Source: Chiloscyllium plagiosum (taxonomy: Eukaryota). Taken from it: a DNA stretch of 56,728 nucleotides. Below, piece after piece: positions 25,123 through 37,101 of the stretch. The stretch spans positions 49,029,361 to 49,086,088 of the forward strand of contig NC_057728.1 of assembly GCF_004010195.1 (NCBI RefSeq), written 5' to 3'. How positions within the stretch are numbered: the first letter of the stretch is position 1; every line of letters starts with the position of its first letter. The position numbers and the translations under genes were made by a program. Below the pieces are notes generated by a model. It had not been told where the DNA came from. It ran no database searches and saw only the letters and a program-made list of their open reading frames with translations.

Positions 25123-25953
25123 GTTAGATCTCAGACTGAGACCCAGCTTGATGGATCAGAAGTTTATATTTTTCAGTTTGGTTACCATGATGGTCAGTCA
25201 GTGAATATACTGACGAGAAGTTCGAAACATTCTTTTTACAAAAGAACACAAGATTATTACACAAAAGGAGGAAAGCTGTTTATGGAACAATTTGGAAAGA
25301 TCTTAATATGAACAGCAAAAAGAAAACTTCCCAGCAAGTGAAGTACCCCCATTTAACTCTTTGATTTCTTAGTTAACCGATGAGCTAGCAAACCTATCCT
25401 CTCAGCAACTTTTGATACATTCACCACAGGATTCTCTAGAATTGTCTCTCCAACATAGAAGCTAATTCACCTCCTTTTCCCTATGAACTTTAAAAGCCTT
25501 GTCCACCTAAACAGCTAAAACTGATTAAAATTTCTTGTTGGTTTTGAAAACCTGGATAACACACATAAAATGCTTCCATTGGAATGAATTTTTTTCTCAA
25601 CAAGAATGGCCCTCACTTGTCTCTCCATATGTCAGAAATTTCAACTCTGTAAACATTTTATCATTAACTTCCCTGGGTTGTGTATCTAATAAATTTATCC
25701 CAAGCCATCTCTGTTTTATCTACCTGGATTTTAGAAAGGCATGCAATATGGTCTGTAATGCAGACCAGTAATCAAGTATGACCTCCCATTTCTAAAACTG
25801 CAAAACGTCTAAGCATAGATGAGTATATATTAACAAGAGAAAATGAGGTCTGCAGATGCTGGAGATCAGAGATGGAAATGTGTTGCTGGAGAAGAGCAGC
25901 AGGTCAGGCAGCATCTAGGGAACAGGAGAATCGACGTTTCGGGCATTAGCCCT

Positions 25954-26126
25954 ACTATTATAGGACAGGCCAAACAGAGAACAGCCAGGGAATTCCTGGA
26001 GGCATGGCACTCATCCACAGATTCAATCAATAAGCACATTGACCTGGACCCAATATACTGGCCACTGCAGCGGACAGCTGGAACTGACAACCGGAAGCGG
26101 CAGATACAAACCACTATAAATGCCAG
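25954..26126 (+). mobile_element. PLE (second family) endonuclease C-terminal fragment, runs into gap
   Basis: TIIGQAKQRTAREFLEAWHSSTDSINKHIDLDPIY; same family as 16450-17160. Confidence 0.85.
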
Positions 26127-27409
26127 NNNNNNNNNNNNNNNNNNNNNNNNNNNNNNNNNNNNNNNNNNNNNNNNNNNNNNNNNNNNNNNNNNNNNNNNNN
26201 NNNNNNNNNNNNNNNNNNNNNNNNNNNNNNNNNNNNNNNNNNNNNNNNNNNNNNNNNNNNNNNNNNNNNNNNNNNNNNNNNNNNNNNNNNNNNNNNNNNN
26301 NNNNNNNNNNNNNNNNNNNNNNNNNNNNNNNNNNNNNNNNNNNNNNNNNNNNNNNNNNNNNNNNNNNNNNNNNNNNNNNNNNNNNNNNNNNNNNNNNNNN
26401 NNNNNNNNNNNNNNNNNNNNNNNNNNNNNNNNNNNNNNNNNNNNNNNNNNNNNNNNNNNNNNNNNNNNNNNNNNNNNNNNNNNNNNNNNNNNNNNNNNNN
26501 NNNNNNNNNNNNNNNNNNNNNNNNNNNNNNNNNNNNNNNNNNNNNNNNNNNNNNNNNNNNNNNNNNNNNNNNNNNNNNNNNNNNNNNNGTACTTTGTTGA
26601 TTTCTGCAGTGCATCTTGTAGATGTTACAGACCAGCTAAGGTCTATTACTACCAGAGATAGTTAATATTCCTTGAAATGGTGACAGTAAAATTAGCAACA
26701 TGTTTTTCCTGAGATGCAGTCAAGTTTGTTGTCGGAACTGCTAACATCCAGTAACCATTGAATTAAATACTTACTGTATTGCAAAGTATGTGCAGGATTG
26801 GGGTCCATCAAATGTGTCATAGAAACATGTTCATTGTTATCTCTTTTGAGAAGTCAAATGCCTGGCAGTTGAGAAGCACGAGAATGTGTTACTTTAAACT
26901 CGCCCTGCAGTTCAATGCTGTCTGATTCAGAACCCGATGATCCATTAACGATATTGATCTTCCTGCAATGATAAGTGAATGGCGCCAGTTCTGGCTTTAA
27001 CTTGGAGAATAGATCGTTGATGTATCAGCAGAAGAGGACTGTTTCTTGGTTATATTGTTATTGTCATCGTTAACCATATTCAGATATTGCTCAGAATGCT
27101 TCTGTAACAATTTGCGCATAATTACTCCACCTATTTGGTTTTGAAATGCGGTTAAATTCCTTACATGTCTTTTTCATCAAAAGTGTAAAGTTTCTCAAAT
27201 ATTTTATACTATGGGGTTAATTATTATTTGTGGCAGGCGTTGTTGTTGTTGGGTAAAAAGACTAATTTTCTTAATTGAATCCAATGTAACTGATACAAAT
27301 CTCATGCTATCCCTTCGTCAAACTGATATTGGTTGTTTCTTATGCCTGCTTGTGTCTCCCTCTCTCTCCTCTCACTCAGTCACTTTCTCTCACATTCTCA
27401 CCCTTACAG

Positions 27410-28320
27410 CCAACCTGGTGACCACAGTGATACTGTCCCGAGGAAGATGTGGTCTTTCAGGATGCATCACTCGATACCTTATGACTATGGCAGGAGTAGA
27501 CTTGGTTATTATTATCGTTGCAGTGATTTTTAGTCGGCTTCTGGCAATTTATTTTCCAGCTCGTTTACTGAATACCACACTGGGATGTCGTCCGCTAATT
27601 CTTCTGACTTATGCTTCCCGAAACTGTTCTGTTTGGTTGACTGTCGCTTTCACCTTTGATCGGTTCCTATCCATTTGTCACCAGGAGCAGAAAAAGAAGT
27701 ACTGCTCAGAAAAAGTATCCTCTGCAGCCATAGGAATAATCTGTTTGATTTATTGTTTGATAATCGTTCCATTTTACTTCTTATACGAGCCTTTATATAT
27801 CTTTAATGGCAAAGGCTGGTACTGCAACATAAAAGCGAATACTGACACATCGGTTGCATGGAGATTGTTTGACACCTTTGACCGCATTCAAACGCCATGT
27901 CTCCCGTTCCTCCTTATTTTGCTGTTTAATGGACTGACTGTCAGACACATTATAGTTGCTAGTAGAGCACGCAGGAGACTCAGATCCCACAGCAATGAAA
28001 TTAATAAACGTGACACAGAAGTGGAGAGCAGGAGAAAATCCATCATCTTACTCTTTGCCATCTCCGGCAGTTTCCTTTTGTTGTGGCTAACATACATTGT
28101 ATATTTTCTACTTGTGCAAATTTCAGGTGACAGCTACTCAATAGGTTCCAATCCCAACGACCTCAAATTTATTCTTCAGGAAAGCGGGTACATGTTACAA
28201 CTGTTAAGTTCATGCACAAATACGTGTATTTATGAAGTCACGCAGACAAAATTCAGAGGTCAATTGAAAGATTTGATTAAATACTTCTCCAAGCTTATTA
28301 TAAAATGTCATAAACAGTGA
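27410..28320 (+). CDS. Class A (rhodopsin-like) GPCR, GPR139-like chondrichthyan-expanded type; main exon (mid-TM1 to C-terminus), first exon not found
   Basis: A polypyrimidine tract and cttacag| precede a phase-1 exon (A)NLVTTVILSRGRCGLSGCITRYL. It contains SVWLTVAFTFDRF (TM3), an ECL2 Cys, TPCLPFLLILLFN (TM5), SGSFLLLW (TM6) and SSCTNTCIY (TM7), and is open to TGA. The first 66 aa of the 27211 ORF are probably intron read-through. Confidence 0.88.
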
Positions 28321-28620
28321 TCCCGGCTCAATAATTAGATGTTACTTTAACAGTTCAGTGAATCAACACACAATTACATGAATCTGTAGCTCAGCAATTC
28401 TGAAATGTGTATCAGCACGATCCCCAAACTGTTAATTCATGCCAATGACAGACAAATCGACCTTTATCCCCGTGTTATATATTGATGGCAGCCACTTATG
28501 GAAGAGACGATTTGCCAGACTCAAAGGCTCAGCATAAGAGCTTTTCCTTATAAAATGGATTGTATGGTGTATGTGTAAACTCTGAATGGGAAGATATCGA
28601 TAGTCTCTAACAAAAATCAA

Positions 28621-30050
28621 TATTATCGGCCAGGCCAGATGCCAGCAAAATAACTTAAGAAGGTATTCTGGATCCTAACCCTTTATGTTTAAGGAAGATT
28701 TGAAGTGGACATTGCAAGTGTGGTGCAGCTGGTCAAATCACTTGGCTTAAAGGAAAACAAAAATTAATAAAAGCTACAATTGAAACACGAGCAACAGAAA
28801 ACTAAATTAGCCTTACTATTCGAAACTTGACTGACCGAATGGACCAAATTAAGTAAGGAGCTGTCTAATTCCTGTAACATTCCATTAGCAGAGCCCTTGG
28901 CAAACATTAAATTCAAACGCAGATTCTTTCAGACAGGAGAGATTTTAGATAGGCATGTCAGTCAGTAAACATCCGCTGAAGCTTGGAACATTTCACTACG
29001 GCACCAGCTTCTAACTTTTCCAACCAAAACTAAGTACAATAAAACCTAATTTGGGAGAATTGGCCACACCCATAGCATTATCAAAGTAGGCCTTTCAGGA
29101 CATCTGCTATTGCCACCTCTCTTGAGAAACAAAGGGAAAAATAGCATTTTAAAGTAACAGACTCCTTTATAAAAGAACCATCATTACACAAAGACAGCTT
29201 CATTATAATCATCTTAGTCTTACTCTGTTAGTACACTAAAATACATATACACTACATTGAATATAACCATGAAAACCTGTACTTCTAGGTTCTATTTCTT
29301 TTTTGTTTACCCCTTCCACTGAACACCTTCATTTTTTTCATCAAAATCTTGACAATGTGTCGGCAATTATGCTTTCTCGTCCTACCACATACACAATCTT
29401 GAAATTGAAATGCTAAATTAATAAGCTCAATTTAAACAGTATGAAAATCTTGCCCTTAATTTTTTCAAAAAACATTTATGGGTTATGATCAGTATGTATG
29501 ATTGTTTAAGACACATTGCTCGCAAAATAAATATTGAACTGCAGTGAAGCCAATACCAAGCTCAAGGTGTCATTCTCAATTTCCGAATATTTCTACTAAT
29601 GAATGTTCAATTTCCTGGAGAAATATCGAAAGTTCTTTTTACCTTCTCGTCGGTGTTCGGCAAGAGCACAGCATCAGCATGCAGATCCTCGCATCATTAA
29701 CTACTTTCAAAGGCTTTGTGTAATTCGGTGTGGCTAATACTGGAGCAGTGGGTACAACCGCTTTCACGCTGTCAAATGATTTTTGACAGTTTGCTGTCTA
29801 CTGAAACACTGTGCATTTTTTCAGTAATTCAGTGAATGGAGCAACCACACTGCTAAAATTCGTGTCTAATTTCCCGTAAAACACACCCTCTCCCAAGATT
29901 CGTAGTTTTTCTCCCTTCATCGATCGTATGGGAAATTCCCCAGTCGCCTTTGTTTTCACATTTTATGGGGCCATCGATCTGTATCTGTATACGTAAGCCA
30001 GAAATGGGACTTTGGCCCCATTCTTTATTCTTGGCCTGATTTATCACCAA
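28621..30050 (-). mobile_element. 3' part of a Gypsy (Gmr1-like) LTR retrotransposon: LTR 28621-29159 plus RT/RNase H remnant ~29360-30050
   Basis: The LTR is similar to 51683-52300 (CCAGGCCAGA..AAGAAGGTA..TGCAGCTGGTCAAA). Pol ends in FKIVYVVGRESIIADTLSRF* with no downstream integrase. Similar to 47400-47960. Confidence 0.75.
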
Positions 30051-30232
30051 CTGGAAATGTGTTGCTGGAAAAGCGCAGCAGGTCAGGCAGCATCCAGGGA
30101 ACAGGAGAATCGACGTTTCGGGCATAAGCCCTTCTTCAGGAATGAGGAAAGATTGTCCAGCAGGCTAAGATAAAAGGTAGGGAGGAGGGACTTGGGGGAG
30201 GGGCGTCAGAAATGTGATAGGTGGAAAGAGGT
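30051..30232 (-). mobile_element. PLE arm (a different copy from the outer arms), runs into gap
   Basis: Same family, but with GGAAAAG and CATAAGCCC where both outer arms have GGAGAAG and CATTAGCCC. Confidence 0.8.
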
Positions 30233-30956
30233 NNNNNNNNNNNNNNNNNNNNNNNNNNNNNNNNNNNNNNNNNNNNNNNNNNNNNNNNNNNNNNNNNNNN
30301 NNNNNNNNNNNNNNNNNNNNNNNNNNNNNNNNNNNNNNNNNNNNNNNNNNNNNNNNNNNNNNNNNNNNNNNNNNNNNNNNNNNNNNNNNNNNNNNNNNNN
30401 NNNNNNNNNNNNNNNNNNNNNNNNNNNNNNNNNNNNNNNNNNNNNNNNNNNNNNNNNNNNNNNNNNNNNNNNNNNNNNNNNNNNNNNNNNNNNNNNNNNN
30501 NNNNNNNNNNNNNNNNNNNNNNNNNNNNNNNNNNNNNNNNNNNNNNNNNNNNNNNNNNNNNNNNNNNNNNNNNNNNNNNNNNNNNNNNNNNNNNNNNNNN
30601 NNNNNNNNNNNNNNNNNNNAGGTCTTTGGACTCTTCCATCGTCAGACCACAGCGAAACGATGGTTGGAGGAAGAACGCCTCATCTTCCGGCTAGGAATCC
30701 TCCAACCACAAGGGATGAACTCGGGTTTCACCAGTTTCCTCATTTCCCCTCTCCCCAGCCTGTCTCAGTCAAATCCATCAAATTCAGCACCGCCTTCCTA
30801 ACCTGCAATCTTCTTCCCGACCTCTCCGCCCCCACCCCAGTCTGACCTATCACCCTCACCTTGACCTCTTTCCACCTATCACATTTCCGACGCCCCTCCC
30901 CCAAGTGCCTCCTCCCTATCTTTTATCTTAGCCTGCTGGACAAACTTTCCTCATTC

Positions 30957-30984
30957 CTGAAGAAGGGCTAATGCCCGAAACGTC
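30957..30984 (+). ncRNA. Minimal hammerhead ribozyme motif of the PLE terminal repeat
   Basis: CTGAAGA-a-GGGC(TAAT)GCCC-GAAAC-GTC: CUGANGA and GAAA cores, stem II and a UC cleavage triplet. Activity is not shown. Confidence 0.65.
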
Positions 30985-31529
30985 GATTCTCATGTTCCCT
31001 GGATGCTGCCTGACCTGCTGCGCTTCTCCAGCAACACATTTCCATCTCTATATATTAACAAGGTCTGCTAAATGGTTCGTAGACAGACCACACCAGGAAA
31101 TAAAACAACGCTAGAAAACTGACTTGTAAACAGTTGTCAGCTCAGATCATAATGTTCACTGTTCACCAAAATCACTACTTGTAACAAAAAATAACCCAAA
31201 CCCCATCTAAACACACACACAAACAGCAAGACCTCAACGCAATGGTATAAGTGCTGTATTATCACTTTTTCAAGAATACATTTCAGCATTTCCTGATAAC
31301 ACAAATCAGGCAAACTGGTCCATTTTCTCTCTGTATTATAGAATAGTGCCACATTTGCTGTCTTCAAATCCAATTGGATAGTTCCATGGAAGGTAAGAAA
31401 TATTTGAAGATCACAGCTATGTACTATATCTCACATCTCTAAAAACAACAAATGTTGGACATCACAGCAGATCAGGCAGCATTCAAGGAGACAGACAGCA
31501 AACTAATGTTTCAAGGCTAGATGACTCTT

Positions 31530-32695
31530 AGAGTCACAGAGTCATAGAGCCATGCAGCATGGAAACAGACCCTTTGGTCTAACTCATCCATGCCGAGCAG
31601 GTATCCTAAATTAATCTAGTTCCATTTCCAGTACTGCCCATATCTCTTAAACCCCTTCTATTCATAAACCCGTCCAGACGCCTTTTGCATGTTGTAACTG
31701 TACCAGATTCCACCACTTCCTCTAGCAGCCCATTCCATACATGCTCAATGCTCTGCGTAAAAAAGTTGACCCTTCGGTCCCTTTTAAACCTTGCTCCTCT
31801 CAACTTAAACCTGTGCCCTCTAGTTTTGGATTCCCCCACTCCAGGGGAAAAGATCTTGGCTATTCACTCCATCCGCACCCCTCATGATTTTATAAACCTC
31901 TCAAGGTCATCCCTTAGCTTCTGAACCTCAAGGGAAAGTAGCCCCAGCCAACTCAGCCTCCCCCTTTAACTCAAGCCCTCCAATCCTGGCAACATCCTTG
32001 GAAATCTTTTCTGAACCCTTTCAAATTTCATAACATCCTTCCAATAGCAGGGAAACCAGAAATGCATGCAGTATTCCAAACATGGCTGAACCATTGTCCT
32101 GTACAACTGCAATCTGGATTAGTGGTGCTGGAAGAGCACAGCAGTTCAGGCAGCATCCAAGGAGCAGCGAAATCGACGTTTCAGGCAAAAGCCCTTCATC
32201 AGGAAATGATTTCCTGATGAAGGGCTTTTGCCCGAAACGTCGATTTCGCTGCTCCTTGGATGCTGCCTGAACTGCTGTGCTCTTCCAGCACCACTAATCC
32301 AGAATCTGGTTTCCAGCATCTGCAGTCATTGTTTTTACCTGTACAACTGCAATATGACTTCCAACTCCAATACTCGAATAAAGTGACAAATAAAGACAAG
32401 CATACCAAATGCCTTCTTTACTATCCTATCTACCTGGGATTCCACTTTCAAAGAACTATGAACCTGCACTCCAAGGTCTCTTTGTTCAACAACATTCCCC
32501 AGGACTTTACCATTAGTCCTGCCCTGATTTCCCTTTTCAAAATGCAGCACCTCACATTGATCTAAATTAAACGCTACCTGCCAGTGCTCAGCCCATGGGT
32601 TCATCTGATCAAGGTCCTGTTGTACTCTGGGCTAACCGTATTGTCTGTCCACTGCACCTCCAATTTTGGTGTCATCTGCAAACTTACTAACCTTA
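31530..32695 (-). mobile_element. CR1/HER1-type LINE 3' fragment
   Basis: WAEHWQVAFNLDQCEVLHF, QRDLGVQVHSSLK and TRGHRFKLRGARFKRD..NFFTQ. Confidence 0.9.
32114..32337 (+). mobile_element. Near-perfect palindromic PLE derivative with 16-bp TSD, inside CR1
   Basis: CCTGTACAACTGCAAT at 32098-32113 and 32338-32353; ~95-bp arms with a 1-nt loop; hammerhead core CTGATGA..GAAACGTC at 32214-32241. Confidence 0.9.
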
Positions 32696-32699
32696 TCTC

Positions 32700-33555
32700 C
32701 TTCTTCATCAGAGCTGGGGTGAAGTGTGGAGGGCACAGCATTTATGCAATAGTTAGGGATGTTTGGAGTGCGGGGGTAGAAAGGATATTGATAGTTCAGA
32801 TGAAGTGATCAGAATGTGAGAATAGCAGAACAATGGTGTTTCTAACTGCTAGACCTCAAAGAACAGACAGTCCCACTGGGATGGAGGGAGGGGAGCGAAG
32901 ACATGGTGACAGAGAATTTAACAAGTAAAGCTAAAAGGGAAAGAATGGGAGTTGGTTCACAATGAAAGTTCAACTCTCCTTTTATAATTTTCATCATCCT
33001 CCTTTATTGGTATCCACAACTTAATATTAAGTTCAAAAGGTTGTAAAATGTCTCGTCTGATGATTAGATGCTGTTCCTCCAGTTTGTGTTGTGATTCACT
33101 GGAACACTGCAGCATGCCAAGAACAGACAAGTGGGCATGCAAGCAAGATGCTGTGTTAAAATGACTGGCTATGGGAAGGGCGGGGTCCTGCTTGTGTACA
33201 GATCGGAGGTGTTCTGCAAAGCATTCACCCAGTCTGGATTTGATTTCTCTGGTGTAGACAGACCACAATAAATACAATACACAAGATTGAAGGGAACCAT
33301 TATTCTGTCATTCTCACTTAATTGTGAACTATCAACATCCTTTCTCTCCCAGCACTCTACACTCCACCCCCCCCCCCCCAAACTATAGCATAACTGCTGC
33401 CTCCTCTTCAATTCATGTCATCTCTGAAGAGTCATCTAGATTCAAAAGGTTAGCTTGCTCTCTCTCTCCATGGATGTTGCCTCACCCACTGCGATCTACA
33501 GCATTTATTGTTTTCAGTACAGATTCCAGCATCCAGCATCTGTAGTAATTTGTTC
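32700..33555. mobile_element. PLE (Neptune-like) 3' fragment with inverted terminal part
   Basis: Minus ORF 32957-33277 has RLGECFAEHLRSVH..PIASHFN..KLEEQHLI; a plus-strand terminal repeat lies at ~33300-33555. Confidence 0.75.
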
Positions 33556-34449
33556 CTATCCATTTCTTGCAGCTGTCTATTTTAGAAGAATTGCAGGATG
33601 CTGCAGACCATCAAGTCCTGGTGATTTGTTGGTCTTCATCCCCATTAACTTCTGTAATACTCTGTGCCATTTTCTTCTTCCCCATTATCTCTCCTGTCTG
33701 GGCCACCTGGGGAATCACAGGATTACTTTCACCATTCTTTTCCTTTTTTTATTATTATTTTCATCATCCTCCTTTGTTGGTACCACAGCTCCCCCAATCC
33801 TAGGTTTATTCTTCTTCTTGACAACATTATAAACCTCCACTTTAAATTAAAAATTATCCCCATCTCACCCTTATAAAAATCAAAATAATTCAGACACATT
33901 ACAACACAGTTCTGTGGCAGGTGGGATGTGAACTTGGACGTCCTGGCCCAGAGGCAGGGGCACTACAACTGTACCACAAGAACCCCACATTTCCAAGCTG
34001 CTTGAGCCAATTTATCCCTCAGAATTACAAAACGGATTGAACTTAAACATTTTAGTTTTAGACTTCAGTACATCACACTCAAACTCAATGTGAAAATCAA
34101 TCATCTTATGACCACCTTTCCATAAGTGGATCATTATCAATGAGATTGCTGGTGATGGTGGTGGTTGTTGTTGGAGCTAATTGTTTTAACTGCAGGACAT
34201 TATAGCAGGACTTAGATTGAACAATAGACTAAACCCCAAAACTGCAGCTATTTCAATATTCTTCACTCTAACAAAGTCAGATTTGTTCAAATTTGGTGGA
34301 CCTCAGATGAATGTTGGCAAATAGCAAGACCTGAACACACACAGGCATTGGCTGATGAGTGGCACAACTGTTATTTACCACTTTAGTTCCAGGCAATGAC
34401 AATCTCCAAAGACAGAGAGAACATAACAATCACTTCTTGTATGCTGGCA

Positions 34450-34790
34450 TAGGGGCTCGGCGGTTCGCAATGCGGAACCGGCAGGTCTCAGCAAATGCGA
34501 CCTGGTACAATTCGAGCCTTGGGTGATTGTGCGGAGTTTGCACATTTTCCCCATGTCCGCAAAGTTTTCCACCAGGTGCTCCAGTTTCCTCCTACAGTCC
34601 AAAGATTTGCATGTTAGCCCCTTAAATTGCCCAGAGTGTCCAGGAATGTGCAGGCGAAGTGGATTAGCCATGGTACTTGAAAGGTTACAGAGACAGAGTG
34701 AGGGTCAGGGTCTGGGTGAGATGCTCTTCAGGTCGGTGCATACACAATGGGTCGGAGTGGCTTCTTTCCAGACTGTAGAGATTCTACAAT
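34450..34790 (+). mobile_element. HE1-type SINE, diverged
   Basis: GGAGTTTGCACATTTTCCCCATGTC..TTTCCTCCTACAGTCCAAAGAT core. Confidence 0.7.
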
Positions 34791-35483
34791 TACTTTCACT
34801 GAATTCTCCAATATCAACAATCTAGGGTCCAGAAAATTATTAGGACCAGCATACAAATACTGTCACTAGATGAGCAGCTCAGAGGGTGAAAGTTCTGTGG
34901 AAATTAACTCACCTTCTGACTCCCATGTTGATAAAATACTCCATGATAAAATACTGGATGAGTGCAGCTCCAACAAAATGCAAAAAGCTTGACATTATTC
35001 AGAACAAGAGTCTACTAGATTAGCAACCCACCTAACATCTCAAACATGTAATTCACTAAAGCTCCTTTGACAACACCTCCATGGATTGCAGTGGTTCAAG
35101 ACTGGAAAAATTAGGGATGTGCAATAAGTGGAGTGACCCCCTCCCCCCCACCACCCCATCCAACCAAAAAGGCAAATGTGTCTCATTACATAATATCTAA
35201 AATCTCCCTGACCTGTTTGGTTTCTTCACAATCTAAATTATCAAAATTTGCAGACAATTGCAAGCGGTGCCCATCATTTTTACAAAAAAAATCCTTGGAA
35301 TCAGCTTTCTCAGACAGGCTATGACACCTCTGGAGCAGGTGAAGCTTGAACTCTGACCTCTGGTCCAGTGGTTGATTAACATTGCATTGCTTAATTATGA
35401 CCAATTTGCATCAATTCCAATAGATCTTAATTTGGCTTAATTCACTGATACGAATTAAGCCAAATTATACGATATGACAAGTA

Positions 35484-35852
35484 CAGTAGTTCCCCCTCAT
35501 ACCCGTGGGGGATATGTTGCAGGCCCTACCACGGAAGCCCAAAACAGTGGGCTTAGAGTAGCCACTAATATCCACTATAAACCAACCAACTCCTATAGCT
35601 ACCTGGACTGTACATCCTCACACTCTACTTCTTGTAAAGACTCCAATGCATTCTCCCAGCTCCTCTGTCTCCATTGCACGTGTTCCAATGAGGCCAAATT
35701 CGACAATGAATGGAGCGAACCCATTCATTTCAATGAGGTGAACCTTCCTGGCAGCCTGCTGGTCCCTGGTTCCCTATAATATATTCTGGTGCAGTAATCT
35801 GTGGGTAACTATAACTGCAGAAAACGATTCTGCGGATACGGGTGTCACCCTG
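35484..35852. mobile_element. Tigger/pogo-like (MER2-like) MITE containing a PLE RT fragment (~35550-35705)
   Basis: TA|CAGTAGTTCCCCCTCATACCCGTGG ... CTGCGGATACGGGTGTCACCCTG|TA gives imperfect TIRs with a TA TSD; the insert encodes IHYKPTNSYSYLDCTSSH. Confidence 0.6.
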
Positions 35853-36079
35853 TACTCTTACATGGAACACATTTTCCTTTTCAGTATGATAGTATGAAAT
35901 AATAAATATTTAAATTATCACACACATATATATAATTAGGGTTATTCTCCTCAGCCCTACCCTGCCATTTTCTAATTATCATATTCAAATGTTATTGCAC
36001 ACTTCTGGAACAGGTGGGTCTTGAACCCTGGCCTACTGGATCAAAGGTAATGACACTACACTGCACTGTAAAAGCCATT

Positions 36080-36640
36080 TAATAAGATCATAGCTGATCT
36101 GATTATGCCAAACTCCAAGTAACCCCATAAATTTTCATCCCCTATGTTTATCAAGAAACTATTTACTTCTGCTTTGAAAATATTCAAGGACTCTGCTTCC
36201 ATGCCTGTTTTTGAAGTGAACTCTAAAGATTCTCAATCTCAACTCTATATTCAAACAGTAACCCCCTAGGTCTAGGTACTCCCATAAGAAGGAGCATCTT
36301 CTCCACATCTATACTATCAAGACCTTCACGATCTTGTGTTTCATTAACGTTATTTCCTACTCTTCTATACACCAGATACAAGCTTTGCCTGCCCATCCGT
36401 TCATCAAACTCAACTCACCTATTCCAGGTACTAGCCTTGTACACACACAAACTGCTTCCAACACCTTTACACTCTTCCTTTTAAAAAGACCAGTGCTGTA
36501 CACTTGTAGTGCTCCAGATATGATCTCACCAGTGCTCTATAACTGAAGCATAACCTCATTACTTATCGATTAAATTCCCCTCGCAGTAAGTGATAGTATT
36601 CTAATTACTTGTTGTATCTGCACACTAACCTTTTGAGATT
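36080..36640 (-). mobile_element. Old CR1 fragment
   Basis: Similarity to the other CR1 3' ends in the window (AAGATCATAGCTGATCTGATT tail). Confidence 0.55.
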
Positions 36641-37050
36641 ATTTTTTTAAAAACTACAATTTCCAGCTCATTTGTACGTCTTGACGCTCACCTCTTCTCC
36701 CACTGCCCTGCACGTTAGACTAAAGGATAAAGTTGATAACCATGAGGATCCACTGAAACCCCTGGTTAATTTTATTCAGACTAACGGTGTGTTTCCCCCA
36801 AAGGATGGACATGATTTAGTCTGACAGTCTGTGTGAGATTCACCCCAAAAAGGAAAACGTGCAACAACGCTCTGTGACTGCTATAACAAAAGGAGTCACT
36901 TTGTGGCTGTTTGTAATTGTGCCACATTCAGTTGTTAACAATAATTCTATGGTTACTGTTCACATATTGTGGAAGTAGATAAACATTGTGAAGTTTGCTG
37001 TTTGCGGGGGTATATTTGCTGCTTGCCACCCAGTTAAAAAAGACTTTTAC

Positions 37051-37101
37051 CTTCACTCTTCCTCCCGAGTCAGGACCGAACTCCGCCATTCTCTTGAACA
37101 T
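37051..37101 (-). CDS. YEATS4: YEATS4 coding exon 1
   Basis: ATG-MFKRMAEFGPDSGGRVK|gtaaaa; 51 nt. The seven exons total 684 nt (227 aa plus stop) and match vertebrate GAS41 as I recall it. Confidence 0.97.

Larger units (their letters stand above)
25838..31048. mobile_element. PLE-bounded segment: left arm plus tail (25838-25953), right arm (30620-31048), 14-bp flanking direct repeat
   Basis: TATATATTAACAAG at 25824-25837 and 31049-31062; 85-bp inverted arms 25869-25953 and 30964-31048 (3 mismatches); GIY-YIG C-terminus LEEERLIFRLGILQPQGMN at ~30620-30740. The interior contains two N gaps, so its continuity is unproven. Confidence 0.75.

Noticed and set aside
25210..25232. CTGACGA-GAAGTTC-GAAAC hammerhead-like string
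   Set aside because: Marginal stem II, no convincing flanking helices and not in a PLE context.
27165..27252. Candidate first exon of the GPCR (ATG 27165, phase-1 donor at 27253)
   Set aside because: It contains an in-frame TAA and lacks the expected YYP..GVP-type TM1 sequence; probably chance.
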